This document shows positions 37,494 through 50,399 of a DNA stretch of 64,000 bases, one piece after another (positions within the stretch are counted from its first letter, which is position 1; the number at the start of each line of letters is the position of its first letter). Source of the stretch: Octopus bimaculoides (Eukaryota). The notes under the pieces were generated by a model. That model was not told where the DNA came from. It made no database searches and saw nothing but the letters and a program-made list of their open reading frames with translations. The DNA lies in the NCBI RefSeq assembly GCF_001194135.2, contig NC_068990.1:4778015-4842014 (forward strand). The letters run 5' to 3'. The position numbers and the translations under genes were made by a program.

Positions 37494-37893
37494 ATCTTTT
37501 ATTTTTTATTCGGTTCAGTCATTAGACTGTGGCCATACTGGGGCATTACCTTGAAGAATTTTTAGTTGAATGAATTGACCCCTGTACTTACTTTTTTTTA
37601 AGCCTGGTAGTTATGCAATTGGTTTCTTGCCTAACTACTAAGTTACAGGGACATAAACACTCCAAAACCAATTGTCAAACAGTGGCATTGGAACAAATAC
37701 AGACACCAAGACACACACAGATATATGTATGTATGGTAGGCTTCTTTCAGTTTCCATCTACCAAATTCACTCACAAGACTTTGGCTAGCCTGAAGCTATA
37801 GAAGACACTTGCCCAAGGTGTCACACAGTAGGACTGAACCCAGACGCATGTGGTTGAGAAGCAAGCTCCTTACCACACAGCCACACCTGCACC
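37494..37893 (-). mobile_element. Full-length SINE family C (tRNA head + CORE-like domain + 3' domain)
   Basis: Minus strand: A box tggctgtgtgg (37873-83), B box ggttcagtcc (37831-40), CORE-like ccttgggcaagtgtctt (37802-18), and a 3' part matching 63555-63765. Consistent with octopus CORE-SINEs (OR type) from recall. Confidence 0.85.
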
Positions 37894-38279
37894 TTTCAGT
37901 AACTTCCCTTTTAATCACATGAATAAAATCCAGTCCCTTGTAAAAGCATTTAAATCTCCTTCCAAATTTTGTAAATTAGAATTTGAACTGTTAACCTTAA
38001 AAAAGGTGCACAGATGAAAACTAAATAGTTTAAATCAATTGTCTGTATATAGTTTGCAAATAAAAATGATGACAAAAACAAAATTTATAATCAAATGATC
38101 GTAATTCTCACTTCAACTCTGACTATGAAATATACAGAAAATGAAAAAGGGTAAAATGGTATCCAACAATATGAACCATGTAAGAGTGGAAGAAGAAAAA
38201 CTATATAGAAAATGAAGGCTGAAGAAAATGACACAGTGGTTGCTGAAAACTTTATATTTATACCATAGTTTTTTGTGAA

Positions 38280-38680
38280 TCATCATCATCATTTAACGTC
38301 TGTTGTCCATGCTGGCATGGGTTGGACGGTTTGACTGGGCTGGCATCCTGGAAGGCTGTGCCAGGCTCCATTCTGATTTGGCATGGTTTTCTATGGCCAG
38401 ATGCCCTTCCTAACAGCAACCACTCTGAGAGTGTAATGGGTGCTTTTACATTCCACCGGCATGGGTGCCATTTTGTGACACCGGTATCTGCCATGACTGT
38501 AACCTTGCTCAGCTTGATGAATCTTCTTCTCAAGCACAACATAATGCCAAAGGTCTTGGTCATTGTCTCTGTGAGGCCCAACATCTCAAAAGGGGCTCGG
38601 CCACTTTGCCTCCATGAGGCCCAACACTTGAAAGGAACTCAGCTACTTTACCTCTGTGAGGCCCACTCAAAAGGAATATA
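38280..38680 (-). mobile_element. Family A RTE-type 3' element with three ~42-bp internal units
   Basis: catcatcatcatttaacgtctgttgtccatgctggcatgggttgg...; units start at 38565, 38608 and 38650. Confidence 0.75.
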
Positions 38681-39849
38681 ATCAATAATCATAGGGAATA
38701 GATATAGTTTTGTACTGCTGTCCTTCAAGCTAGGTGTTATGAGATTTTTACATCAGGTAAAGCCTTTGGTTCAATGATTTTAGATGACTCAAGCATTGAA
38801 AATAATTGTCCAAATATTTGGAACTAGAGAATGTATCAGAAATACCATTTCAACTAATAATGTTTTGGTTATATAGAAAAACACACACACACAAAGGAAG
38901 TAAAAAGCTTGCATTAAAGTGACCAATGTGAAACCTCTCTGTACAAAAACTATTATGTATTGTATTGAGGTGATAACCATAGCATAAATGTTAAATTTCT
39001 GACAATCTAAGCCTACAAACTGCTTGAGTTTTAGTTACAAGCCATTTCACTTATTCTGGAAGTTATATAAAAGTACGTTACAAGTTTCATTTCACACCTC
39101 TGAAACCAATAGGGCTAATTACTTGTTGATAGATAGCTCTGATCAGAAGAGATCAAGTGATTGACTATTCATTATACAAGTTTTTGAAGGATAATGAGTC
39201 ATAGGCAATCACATCTAATTAAAAGTGAAGATTAATCAGTAAATATATTGTAATAATGAACCATCAGAATTTCAATATCGTGTCTTCACTGAATTATTCC
39301 CTAGTAGCGTTTATCTTGTAACTACAGATATTGGTGGATAGTAGTAAAAATCAACATGACAATTGATGAAGTGATCTCTATGCTCATGTTCATTTTAGTT
39401 TGGGTTTGTTTCCAGTGTTAAATGTTCTCATTTGGTACTTATTTTCTTCCACTCTGACCTGTAATCATGCAAATTTTGAAACAAATTAGCTCTGCTTGCA
39501 ACATGGTTTTTTTTATCTCGCTGTCTGTTCCCTTTCTCTCTGATTCTCTACTTTGTCTCAATCCTTCTCAGGATGCAATACTGATCCACTTCCTCTCACA
39601 TTTATCTTCATTCCCTTTTAATCTGTCTCTGCAGCAAGTTTTATTACTCTCCTTCTCTTTCCATTGTTTTTACATTCAGGGACTATTCCTTTTTTTCCCC
39701 AGAGCAAGTTCTATAAACAATTGTGCCTTATTTAATTTAATTCCAAAGACTTCAATGATACCCTGTTTATGCAGTGCTCACAATATCCTGTGTTTTGTTT
39801 GCCTCAGTTGAAACACCTAGTAATACTTTTTATATCCATTTTTGTTGTC

Positions 39850-40500
39850 CCAAATTTGCTGAATATTTTCCCAGTAGTATATCCGGTAGTTACTGGAACA
39901 ACAGGATAGTAATAATGCTGTCTTTAGGTGCTAAAGTTTTCATTACCCACATGTGACAGATGATGAAGGGAATTCTATGCTGGTGCTCATTTTATTTTTG
40001 TTTATTTCCTGTGCTTCATATGTTCTCATTGTCCATGGTACCCATTGATCTTGTGTGTAATATGTGTATTGTATCATAGAAATGTTGCATAAATCAGATG
40101 ATAGGCTACACTTCTAGGGTACCGAGGGCTTTGTTGTCTGTTTTGTTTAATAAGGTATATTGTAATTGTCTCTTAGTAACAACATAAGCATCAAAACATG
40201 ACAGGATGCAATGGTCACAAATTCAAGAATTCAAATGAATCTTTTCTGAAGTTTATATGAAACATAACCATACCAAACAGTTTTGGTTTTATGCAGTGTG
40301 TCCTTTTCCTTCAGGCTTTTGTAGAGATATACTTGTCCAGCATTTGTGGGATCACAGGGAACATGTGTACTCCTTCAGGACTTCTCTCCTGATCCATAAG
40401 ATGTTCTTCTCAATTTTGAACACTAGGGAAGATGCTGTTTGACTGATATTATGTTAAATTGAAAGGCTGTCTTGACTGATCTGAAGTATCTTCTTCTGTA
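39850..40500 (-). mobile_element. Decayed R4/Dong-clade LINE C-terminal region
   Basis: Broken minus frames resemble the R4 pattern HIIxSC...HDxxGTxIHW...and...VPVIPQMLDKYI. Heavily mutated. Confidence 0.5.
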
Positions 40501-41049
40501 TTTTCTTCTCAGATACTGAGTGCTTTTCATGCTTTCACTTTATCATTGTAGTAAACATTAAAAATGTATAAAATGTGTAATACGGACAGCTACCTTACAC
40601 AAACATAATTCTATAGATTTAAATCATAACTTTTGTTATCAGTATCACCTCCTTTCCCCAAACAGTATTTTCAAGTTATTATTTCCATTTATGTACATAA
40701 ATATATAACTGTATGTTGTTGTTTAGCTGCAGATCAACCTTGATCAAGCAAGCAGATCCATAATGAAAGGCATGTCAGTTTTGATCCCTAAGCCTTATTA
40801 GAAATATGTTGGACTACATAATTTGATGCATCTTCTCCTTATTTAAGACCATAGTAGGTGATTTGAGGAAGATTTAGTTATTTTTAGCTGGTCAAAAATT
40901 ATGAAGAGACACCCTCATACTTCATAAGTAACATGAACAGAACATTTATGCTATGATTTTGTATGCTTCTGCAGAAAAACCCTTTCAACTATTTACCCTG
41001 AGGCCATACATGTATGCATCAACAAGAATAACTGAGAATTCATTTGCTG

Positions 41050-41286
41050 CAGTAGTTCACAATTGGGGTCCATATAAGAATTTTTGTTGTAAAAAATTAT
41101 CTACAATAAATTTGTTATACATCTACAATACACGAAATATTCTAACAATTTTTTGCGTACAGTTCCTAATATTTAATCCTAAAAATATAAAAATGTTTTT
41201 TTAAAACATCAAATGGCTAGGAGGGTCCATCCGAGTAAAGTAGGAGTCAAAGGGGTCCATAGGTACAGAATGGTTGAGAAACGTTG
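41050..41286. mobile_element. hAT-superfamily MITE
   Basis: Termini cagtagttcacaa / ttgagaaacgttg are both close to CAGTGGTTCTCAA. Flanking 8-mers atttgctg (41042-49) and atttactg (41287-94) match 7/8, as expected for a hAT TSD. Internal ggggtccat repeats. Confidence 0.75.
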
Positions 41287-43479
41287 ATTTACTGGGTCAA
41301 TTCAGAAATCCATAATGATCTGTTCAAGTTTGAGCCATCTTAGTATGCAGCATCTATTCAGAAATGAACAAACCACAACCCAAATAAGAAAGAACATTGA
41401 ACTCACTTTTATTTCATTAGTCAATAGATTATGAAAACTGAAATTGATAGAGAGCTGGCTAAAATAAGGCACAAAAGTCTTTATGCTTTCCCATATATCC
41501 AAAAGGTTTATATGTTTAAAAATGTATCACAGATATGTAAAAGAGTTTTGAAATATTTCAACGATTAAAAAAAAAAAGACATCATTTCATGCAAGTGAAT
41601 TCAGTTAAAGATAAATAATGATGTGAAATCACAGAAACAACAGAACATTTAAGAAAATTGTTATATCAGATATAAGAAGTATTGTTGTAAGAGATATTTA
41701 AAATACAAGGTTAGTTCTTAATTTGTGTAATATAAGAACATGACATCTCAAAGATTTTAGTAGAGCCATTCACAAGAGAATGAATTATTCTAATATATCT
41801 CCTTTTTGCTTGCATTCCAGTGATTCTTGTTGATGCAGGTTATACTTAGTCTATTTCAATTTTAGTGATTACATTTATATTATATTTGTCAGAGTAGCAT
41901 TGAATAATAGTTATATCATAATATCAACCAAGAAATTATTGTACAAAATAAGTTTTAAGAGAGTTGGGAAGCTTAATGATACTTCTTCAAGGATGAAGTA
42001 GATTCTATTTAGCATTGGCAAAACCACTAGCACATAGGAATATGATAAAAGAAAGTAGAAACTTAGTAATGAGTCTGACTGTTATAAAAGATCACCAACT
42101 ACAAGCAAGTTACCAGCAGCAAGAGCCAAAGTTAAGCAGTGGTAAAATATAAGATTATAAGGAATAAGAAATAGGCCTGTAAAAACTTGAAGAAAAAGTT
42201 TCAAGACAGAAATGTGTATTTAACCAGGAAAGAAATAGACAGTTGAAGTATTGGTAGTGTTCTAGGCTGCACAGAATAAAGAAAACCTTAAGTCATCATG
42301 ACAGTGATACAGGTGGACATTATTTTTTACTGACAATACAAATATGTATCACTTTGACAGGCAGCTGAAGACTGAGAACTGGAGATGAACTGAAGACAGG
42401 AATAAACTACAAAGTATTTATTGTCTATGGATGGTCTATAATTTTTGCATGACATGTGTGCAATAACAAGGGAGCTCTTCTAAATCTTTTCTTCCATTCT
42501 CCAAATATATAACTGTGCTATTTGGTATAAATATGTGCAGAGCATTAGTGATAAAAAATAAACATAATTGACGAACAAGGAAATGGACTTTTGTGGGAAA
42601 ATCAATATAAATACCTTGGGGTACGTGGAAATTAATACATTGATGAAGGAAAAGGCAAAAGCTGAGGTTGTAGATAAATATTTCAGACGACCTAGATTGG
42701 CTTCAAGCAAAAGAAAGTCATAGCAAGCAACATATTTGCTGTTGCATCACTGGGGCATAGAGAAGAAATACATAGTAGTATAGAGAGAGGAAAGAAGAGA
42801 TGTCAGTTGAGTTAAGATAGCAACCAGTAGCGAGATATGATCAGATAAGGAATGGACTTAAAGCCGAAAAAGAGAATTTGGGGTTAAGATTGAAACATTT
42901 CAGAATATCCAAATATTAAAACAAATTACAAATTATTAGTGTGTTACCTCTCCTAAAACATATAGAAGAGGTAACATATTAAAAGAAATTGAAAGAATGA
43001 ATAGAGAAACATTACATGGACATAAAAATTAATGGTTAATAACAAAACTCATGGCAGAAGAAGCATTCAAGAAATAATCATGGAAACAACCTTCAACCAA
43101 AGACTGAAACTATGAATAATCATCACAGGAGGAAACACAAACTATGTTAAATTCCACAAACAATTGTCCTATAGATTTATGTTATATAGTGGTAAATATC
43201 AATGTAATGAAGTGGTCATTAAGAAGTGTTAGAATTAATAATTAGGACGCTAATTGAGATTAAGAACACCTCAAAACAAGTTAGAACTGATGTGATTTTA
43301 TACTATAATCTGGAATTGACAAAATATCCAGAAAAAAAAAAATGGTTGTAAATTCTTTTTTTTTTTTTGTTTTTTTCAGGATATTTTGTCATTCTAGATG
43401 ATATTATAAAAATAAGTTAATGATGGATACTATCCATCATGAACAATAAAGCAGGAAAACAGCAAGCTGTGAAAATAAA

Positions 43480-43900
43480 TAAATGATGATTACTGGATTT
43501 TTATGAGATATCTCCATAGAGATTGATCATTCCACTGAAGGAAAACCAAATATGAATGGAGGATAGAAAAAAAAAGAAATAATGTAAGATAACAGATTTC
43601 AAAATACCATATGATTGTTGGGTGGATGTGAAGGAAACTGAGGAAATTGAGAAACAACTGGATCTAATTTAGCCAAAGAGATGAAGAGATTCCAGAACAC
43701 AAGTGTGAAAATTGTTCCTGTGATAATTGGTGCTCTTGGAACGACACCCAAACTGCTACCTGTAGGAAGCTGAAGGATATTGGAATTGAGACACATACCG
43801 TTGACTTGCATAAACGGGGCTAGCCTTACTTTGCAAGTATCCTAACAAAGATTCTTGAGATTTGAAGTGGCTTGTAACTAAATCAGAAGATAACATCTCT
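43480..43900 (+). mobile_element. R4/Dong-clade LINE 3' fragment
   Basis: ...VDVKETEEIEK...LAKEMKRFQNTSVKIVPVIIGALGTTPKLL...SILTKILEI*. Confidence 0.8.
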
Positions 43901-43956
43901 AATTATAACGATGATGACGCTGCCACCACCGACAACAGCGAAGACGATAACACTGA

Positions 43957-44160
43957 TTTCAGATTGTGACACAAGGCCAGCAAGTTCAGGGGAGGGGATG
44001 AGTCAATTACATCGACCCCAGTACTCAACTGGTACTTATTTTATCGACCTGAAAGGATGAAAGGCAAAGTCGACCTCAGCAACGTAAGCAATGTAAAGAC
44101 AGACAAAATGTTGCAAAGCATTTTGCCCAGCATGGTAATGATTCAGCCAGCTCACCACCT
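43957..44160 (-). mobile_element. SINE family B copy
   Basis: cgaccccagtactcaactggtacttattttatcgacctgaaaggatgaaaggcaaagtcgacctc...gccagctcaccacc. Confidence 0.9.
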
Positions 44161-45459
44161 AAATAATAATAATGGTAATAAGAATGATGATGATGATGAT
44201 GATGATGATGACGGTGAAGACAGAGACGTTGCTAGCTCTCTCTGTCTCACTTCAGAATAGTACTAAGTATTTAAACATTCATATATCTTTTTCCTCTTTT
44301 TTGGTCCTTTGGTCACAGTTTCTACTAATGGAATTATATGCAGGAATTTAAAGGCAAGATAAAATCATTTGTTCACTTCTTTTACATGTATAATAACTGT
44401 ATAAATACGTTTTTTAACTTGTTTCCTTTTTTCCAACAAATTTCAAATGGTAGTTTAAATTTCTATTGCGTTTCACCTATATCTGCACCCACCCAATCCC
44501 ATTCCTGCCACCTATACCAGAAATCTTGATAATGATTGTGACAAAATACTGATAGTTATAGTAATGGTGAAATTGGTTGTGATAGTGATAGTAAGCATGG
44601 TAGTGTAAGTAAAAATAAGAATAGTGATTTCTAATAATAATGACAGTGGTAGTAGTTGTGGCAAGGATAGTAATAATAATTATTACCACAAGAGTAATAA
44701 GAATATTGATAAAGAATATTAAGGTAAATATGTTAGAATAAGCAGTGATGGTGGGATATGGTGATTGGGGGACCTCAGTTGTATAGTTTGTACTTGTCTT
44801 ATTGCATTGGTTGGGAGAGAAGGTCTAGCAAGCTCCTGGTGTTGGTGAATGTATGCTGTAATTAAGTTTAAAATAAACATACTAATGGTTGGGTCGTCAG
44901 CAACTAAACTGGCAAACTTACTAATCACACTTGATGAGGTTGATGAGGAGGGTGGTAGTTGGACAACCTTTGGGAAAAGAAACAAGACCTGTCAAAGGGC
45001 AGATAAACTCATCGGAGTCAACAGCCATCTAACAGTGTATATGAGGGTAGGTGTGAACACTCTGAGCCTTGGTTGGCAACCCATCTAGAGACGGTAATTG
45101 CACAATGCACAACCTTATAAATGCTACTTCAAAATGAGTGATATCAAATTATCTTGGGATACATGTGTCCCATTAGGAGCGAAGGGGTTAATGAGACCGG
45201 AACTGTTAACAGGGAAGGTATCGTACACAACAGGCAAGGAGCATCTGATCAAGCTCTGGTGCTTATCATCAAGCCATTGATCAGGACCAGAATTGAAGTC
45301 AAAAAGTGCAGAGAGAAGAAAATGAAATAAGAAAAAGATGTAAACAAGATTGCGATTGAATGTTTGCTGAGAAGTGAGCCAAATAAAGAAGGTTTCATGA
45401 AATGAATGAAGAGAATACGGGATGGAAAGGTAGTCTTTCTAGCTTCCACCCAATGATTG

Positions 45460-46750
45460 AGAGATCAGGTAAAGGGAATTTGTATAAATGATTGCATGAC
45501 AGGATTAGAGGTTGAAGAAATGTAGAGAAGAATAAAATGAACACAAAGAGTGTGAAACAACAGTGTCAGAAAGTGGCAATGAAGGGGTAAGAGATGAAGA
45601 GAAAGAAAAAGAAGGAAATCACTATATTGATGAGAATGCTGATGAAGTAAATAGTGAAGATGATTTAGCTGGGCAAGTGACAGTAAATGTTGCAGAAGAC
45701 TTGAACGAAGAAGAGAAGGAGATTCCAAAAATGCTGTGAGATAAAATACGTGCTGGGAAAAATGAAGTGCCACAAAATGTAAGGTGTATGGACAGAGGAA
45801 AAGTAAAGAAAGCTACAGGCAAAGTAAATGGTGTTTTGAGCTTGATCAAAACAAAAAAAAAACATTGGTGAAACAAAGCAGTTAATAATAGCTACTGGTA
45901 ATGTTGTAGCTGACATGATAAGATATAAGTCAAAGACAGCTGAAAAAAAAAACAAAGGGAAAGAAAAGAAAGAACAAAACTGGAGGAAAACAATATGAAT
46001 GAAGCTGGAAAAGACATGGAAAGAACTGGGGAAATTGAATTGGATAATGAAAGAACTCAAGGATGAGATAGAAAATTGAATGGACTGTACAGGTTACAAG
46101 AAAGGGGAAAACAAACTGTACATGAAGAAGGTCACAAAGAGTGACAATGTTAAAAGGCCAAATCAAAATGATATGATGCTAGGTGCAAAAGTTTTGAGCA
46201 AAATAGATTGTTTCAATCAAACAGTGGGTATCTTTTTTGAAGAAATAGAGGGGGAACAACATCAGAAACAGATTCCAGATGTGTAAAAAGCAATGCATTT
46301 TGAGGAGAACTTTGGAACAGGCCAGTAATACAAAAAGAAATTACAGAGCGGCTAACAGAAGTGGAGAGGCATCTTGCAACTGTACCAAGACAAAAAGATG
46401 TCAGAACTGATCTGTATTCAGTGAGACTGAAGTTAAAAAATAAATTGGAAGGGACCTAGCTCAGATGGAGCACAACATTATTGGCTGAAGAATTTTACAT
46501 AGCTGCATGGAAGGATCACTTCACACCTGGATGAATGCCTGCAGTAGGGTCATGACTCTACCTGGATGACAAGAGGATGAACATTAGTCATGTCTCAAGA
46601 AGTACTTGAAAGGTAAATTGGTATCAAATATTCAACCTATAACCTGTTTACCATTTATATAGCAGCTTACGACTGGTATCTTGGTGGAAAAGTTATATAA
46701 TCATGTAGAAAGTAACAATCTGTATCCAGCAGAACAGAAAGGATGTTTTC
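45460..46750 (+). mobile_element. Decayed R4/Dong-clade LINE, pre-RT linker to RT start
   Basis: NWKGPSSDGAQHYWLKNF (46442ff) and QPITCLPFI.QLTTGILVEKLYNHVESNNLYPAEQKGC (46635-46746). Truncated by the Gypsy element. Confidence 0.75.
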
Positions 46751-46859
46751 CATTCTTATATGTCCTAACAAATACATTTTCAGCAATTTTATAAAATTTT
46801 GCCCTATAATCCACCACAAATTTTCTTTTCTTACCAGGTAGTAATTTGTCGAAGACTTA

Positions 46860-47891
46860 TTTTATTTTCCTCACAGACATCAGCTTCACTGGTGACATAC
46901 CTACTGGTGTATTCGGATTTGGAATCATGCACTATACTCTTAAGAATTGTTCTAGAGCTACCTCAACCATGATTTCCTTATTTGACTTTCTTAGGGCTCT
47001 CTTAAACATATCGACAAAGCATTCTGTTTGTCCATTAGATCTGGGATGGTATAGTGCCATAGTTACATGTTCTGCAGTGAACATCTTATGAAACTTTTTA
47101 AACTCGTAAGACACAAATTGCATTCCATTGTCTGACACTGTTATGTCTGGGATGCCAAATCTCACAAACAGCTCATGTAGAAAATTTGTCACAGTTGAGG
47201 AGGTTGGTTTTTTAGACAAGCAAATTTCTGGCCACTTAAAGAAACTATCAACTACCATTAAGTAGTATGAACCATTTAAGGGACCAGTGAAATTGATGTG
47301 TAATCTCAACCATGGCACATCTACTTTGTATCATCAGTAATTTTGCCACTAGCGTACATCCCTGCAGCCTTTCACTAAATTTTCAATTTTGCTATCCAAT
47401 TTTGGCCAGCACATGTAGCTATGCATTAAAACTTTCATCCTCAAAATACCAGGATGTCCAACATGAAATTCCCTCAACATTTTCTTTTGCAATGTTTCAG
47501 GTATCACTACTCTCTGTGCATACATCAGTATGCCATCAGAAATTGAGTATAGGTTCATGTCTTGGTTTTGTTTCACACAAATCCTGTTCCTATTTACTTT
47601 TCCTGTCTATAGTATTCTTTTCATTTCTATTATGAATTTGTCCTTTTACACATTTCGTTTTATGTCTTCAAGGGTCAGTGGTAATTCATGTACCACATTC
47701 AACATTACATTTTTTATTTCTCCTTCTGATCTTAAAGCTGTGATTATTATATCATCAAATGGCTCGCAGAGTTTTGGTTTTAGTCTGGACAACCCATCCG
47801 CATGGCCTAGTTTTTTTGATGGTAAATATTCCATTTTGTAATCATAATTCAACTGTAGTGTATTCACTGTGTGTGTTGGTATTCCTTTTTT
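46860..47891 (-). pseudogene. Gypsy RNase H tail + integrase (HHCC zinc finger + DDE core), frameshifted
   Basis: ORFs 47646-47867 (EYLPSKKLGHADGLSRL), 47349-47576 (RVVIP...FHVGHPGI.RMK...CWPKLD..IE.LVKGC) and 46932-47318 (PWLRLHINFTGP...VVDSFFKW...VSDNG.QF...YHPRSNGQTE). Confidence 0.92.
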
Positions 47892-48222
47892 AAAACTGTT
47901 ATTGAGTTTGCGACATAATCTGGTGAGAACATTCTTTCAGCATTTTTTGACAAATTACTATTCATTAATTGTAGCATTTGTTGCTATAATAGTAGTAGTA
48001 GTTGTTTTTTCAGTTGTTGTTGTTGCTGTTTTTACAACTCAAGCAAACCAGCCAATAATTCTTCCATGGTTTTACGATTTTGTATACTGTAAAATTTGCA
48101 CAAAAAACTTTTGTGAGTTTTGTAACTCTTAGTGAATTTGTTTAATCCTTGTGAGTTTGTTAATTCCTTGTGGGTTTCTTAATTCCTTGTGAGTTTGCTA
48201 ATTTCTTATTGCTACTGTTGTA

Positions 48223-48233
48223 ATCCTCTGCCA
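48223..48233 (-). promoter_or_regulatory. Degenerate primer-binding site (tRNA-Ser(GCT)-type)
   Basis: Minus strand TGGCAGAGGAT lies 3 nt after the LTR end. It is close to TGGCGACGAGGAT, the complement of the tRNA-Ser(GCT) 3' end. Confidence 0.6.
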
Positions 48234-48236
48234 GAC

Positions 48237-48418
48237 TGTTATGGCACCCACTCCAGTATAGCAGTATAGTTAGTTAGATAAGTAAGAACACGACTATCTA
48301 TCAATCGACTACTCGACTGACACCCTCAACTTCCTGTGTCACAGTATTTATAATGACTAGCACATACTGCTCGTCACATGGTAGGGGGTGTCCCATTATT
48401 ACTATTATCCCCATAACA
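48237..48418 (-). repeat. LTR, 182 bp
   Basis: TG...CA termini with an 8-bp terminal inverted repeat TGTTATGG...CCATAACA, an internal TATAAATA on the minus strand, and an adjacent PBS. Confidence 0.85.
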
Positions 48419-48560
48419 GTTATCAAAGTAATAAATGCAAGAGTAGTACTGGTAATCAGATATGGATTTGGAATTGCAGACTGGACCAGATGTGACAGAC
48501 TTGAGAAAAAAACTAGAAAGCTGTTGACAATGTATGGAGCCTCTCATTAGATAAAGTGAT
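48419..48560 (+). mobile_element. R4/Dong-clade LINE post-RT fragment resuming after the LTR
   Basis: IKVINARVVLVIRYGFGIADWT...LEKKTRKLLTMYGASH. Confidence 0.75.
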
Positions 48561-49099
48561 AACAAATCTGCCAAACTTTTAGAGCATTTAGTATAAAAAC
48601 AATAAAACAAAGTACCACTGTAGTTGTAGCAGAAGTAATAATCTAAGAGGTTAGTCACATTAGGTCAACCCAGAACAGACAAATACTATAAAGTAAAAGA
48701 TGAATAGAAGATCGCATCAAGAGATTGAGACAGGAAGCAAGTCAACAACAGTTTCTCAAAGAAAGTTACACTAATTAAAACACCAAAAAAGAAAGACAAT
48801 GTGTTAAGGGAAAAGAGGGAATGAATGTTGTAATTGAAGAACTGCAGTAAAGCATTGCTGTAATGTAACTAAAATAAAATGACATGAGAGTGGAGGACAT
48901 AAGTTCCAGCAGAACTTCAAAATATAAAAAAAACAGTTTGAGAAACTGAAGGAAGTAGAAAGATACAATGATGAAGGAAGTTGAAGGAAGTAGAAAGATA
49001 CAATGATGAAGTGGAAATGTTTGAGTGATATATGAAACAAGAAAGGTGTCCATAATACACAGATTTAGTTGATAGGAAGAGCAGAAAATGAATTACGAT

Positions 49100-50180
49100 T
49101 AGAACAACAGGTCAAACTGAAAACCACTTTTGTCAAAACTGAAAAGGAATTATATACCTTTGTTGAATCAGTGAGAATCTTTAATAACAACATCAGAATA
49201 AAGTCTGGTATTTGTAAGTGTGGGTATAAGAAGAAGGCATAAGAACTGCTACAAGTATGTGGGAGTTTCAGAAGTTGATGGTATAAGGAATGGAATGATG
49301 AAAAGCAAAGATTAAGGGGAACTATTTCTAAAGGTTAAGGAGGTTATTAAAATTCAAAAGCTAATGATATAAATGACATCAAACTCATAAACCTGAGAGC
49401 AGTATTCATTATCAGATGTTATAAAGGAATAATAATCAAATGGAGAAAGGAAGCTCTTCAAAATATAATAAATAGAAAAAAAAAGGGGAGTTGACAACAA
49501 TCTATAGAGCTTTACACTTACATGCAGAGGTCAATGGGTCAACGGAAAAGTGGCTAGATACCTAAGGCTGTTAATGTAGCTTGATCTCAAGTAATTAAAC
49601 TCCTGCAGAATGACAATTTAATACTGAGTGGAGAAAAATATAATAATAATGCAAATTATGCTCTGAGAGAATGAAGAAAGGCATAACAATGTCACTAGAT
49701 GGTTCACTAGGTATTATTTAAAAGTTTAGATTGGAAAAGGTGAGAAATAGTATGAACATGATCCAGAAAGTGTGGTGAAAAATGGCAAATCAAAAATATT
49801 TTGGGACTTCATGATCCAATGTGGTCATGGAATTGAACATTGGAAACCCAATACTGTACTTGTAAACAAGGGAGGATAATTGTACCTGATCATAGACATT
49901 GAGAGACTTGGTGATAGTGGAATTGTCAAACAAGGAAAAAAAAACTGATAAGATATGTATCTCATGAGTGAAATCAAAACATGTAGCTAATATAAAAGGT
50001 AAAAGGTATATATTGCACCAATAATTGCTGGTACCTCAGGTAGCGTGAGCAAAGAAACTGAAAAGTGGTTGGAAAAGATAGGAATAAAAATCAAATTAGA
50101 GCACATCCAGAAAACAGCATTACTTGACAGTGCAAAGAGTCTCTTCACAGTTCTTGAGAATTGTAAAAAGCATTCCAACA
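49100..50180 (+). mobile_element. Decayed R4/Dong-clade LINE (RT end to REL domain)
   Basis: YEHDPESVVKNGKSKIFWDFMIQCGHGIEHWKP...APIIAGTSGSVSKETEKWLEKIGIKIKLEHIQKTALLDSA. Confidence 0.8.
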
Positions 50181-50399
50181 TAGTTTATGGTAAGAAAATG
50201 AGGGGTCCATTAATGATGCCTCCAGCAACAAGCTGAGTATATCAGATACAATACTACTAATAATGATGCTTTCTTATTTAGTTACAAGGTCAGTCATATT
50301 GTGAGGCAGAGTGTAGTTTTTATCATCTACTCTAGCACTTGACAGGTACTTTATTTTATTGACCCTGGAAGAATGATGAAAATTTGCCTCGACAGTTGA

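Larger units (their letters stand above)
46755..48418 (-). mobile_element. Internally deleted Ty3/Gypsy LTR retrotransposon (Mag/K02A2.6-like)
   Basis: 5' LTR, PBS, gag N-terminus (MEELLAGLLEL...MFSPDYVANSIT from 48067) joined directly to the RNase H end (KKGIPTHT...HADGLSRL), then integrase. No protease or RT, and no 3' LTR seen. Confidence 0.9.

Noticed and set aside
37730-37893. tRNA gene
   Set aside because: A and B boxes are present, but the sequence runs into a CORE-like SINE body with no complete cloverleaf. The same applies to all SINE heads.
45465-46166. Several F/L/S-rich minus-strand ORFs as membrane proteins
   Set aside because: They are the antisense of purine-rich R4 LINE sequence.
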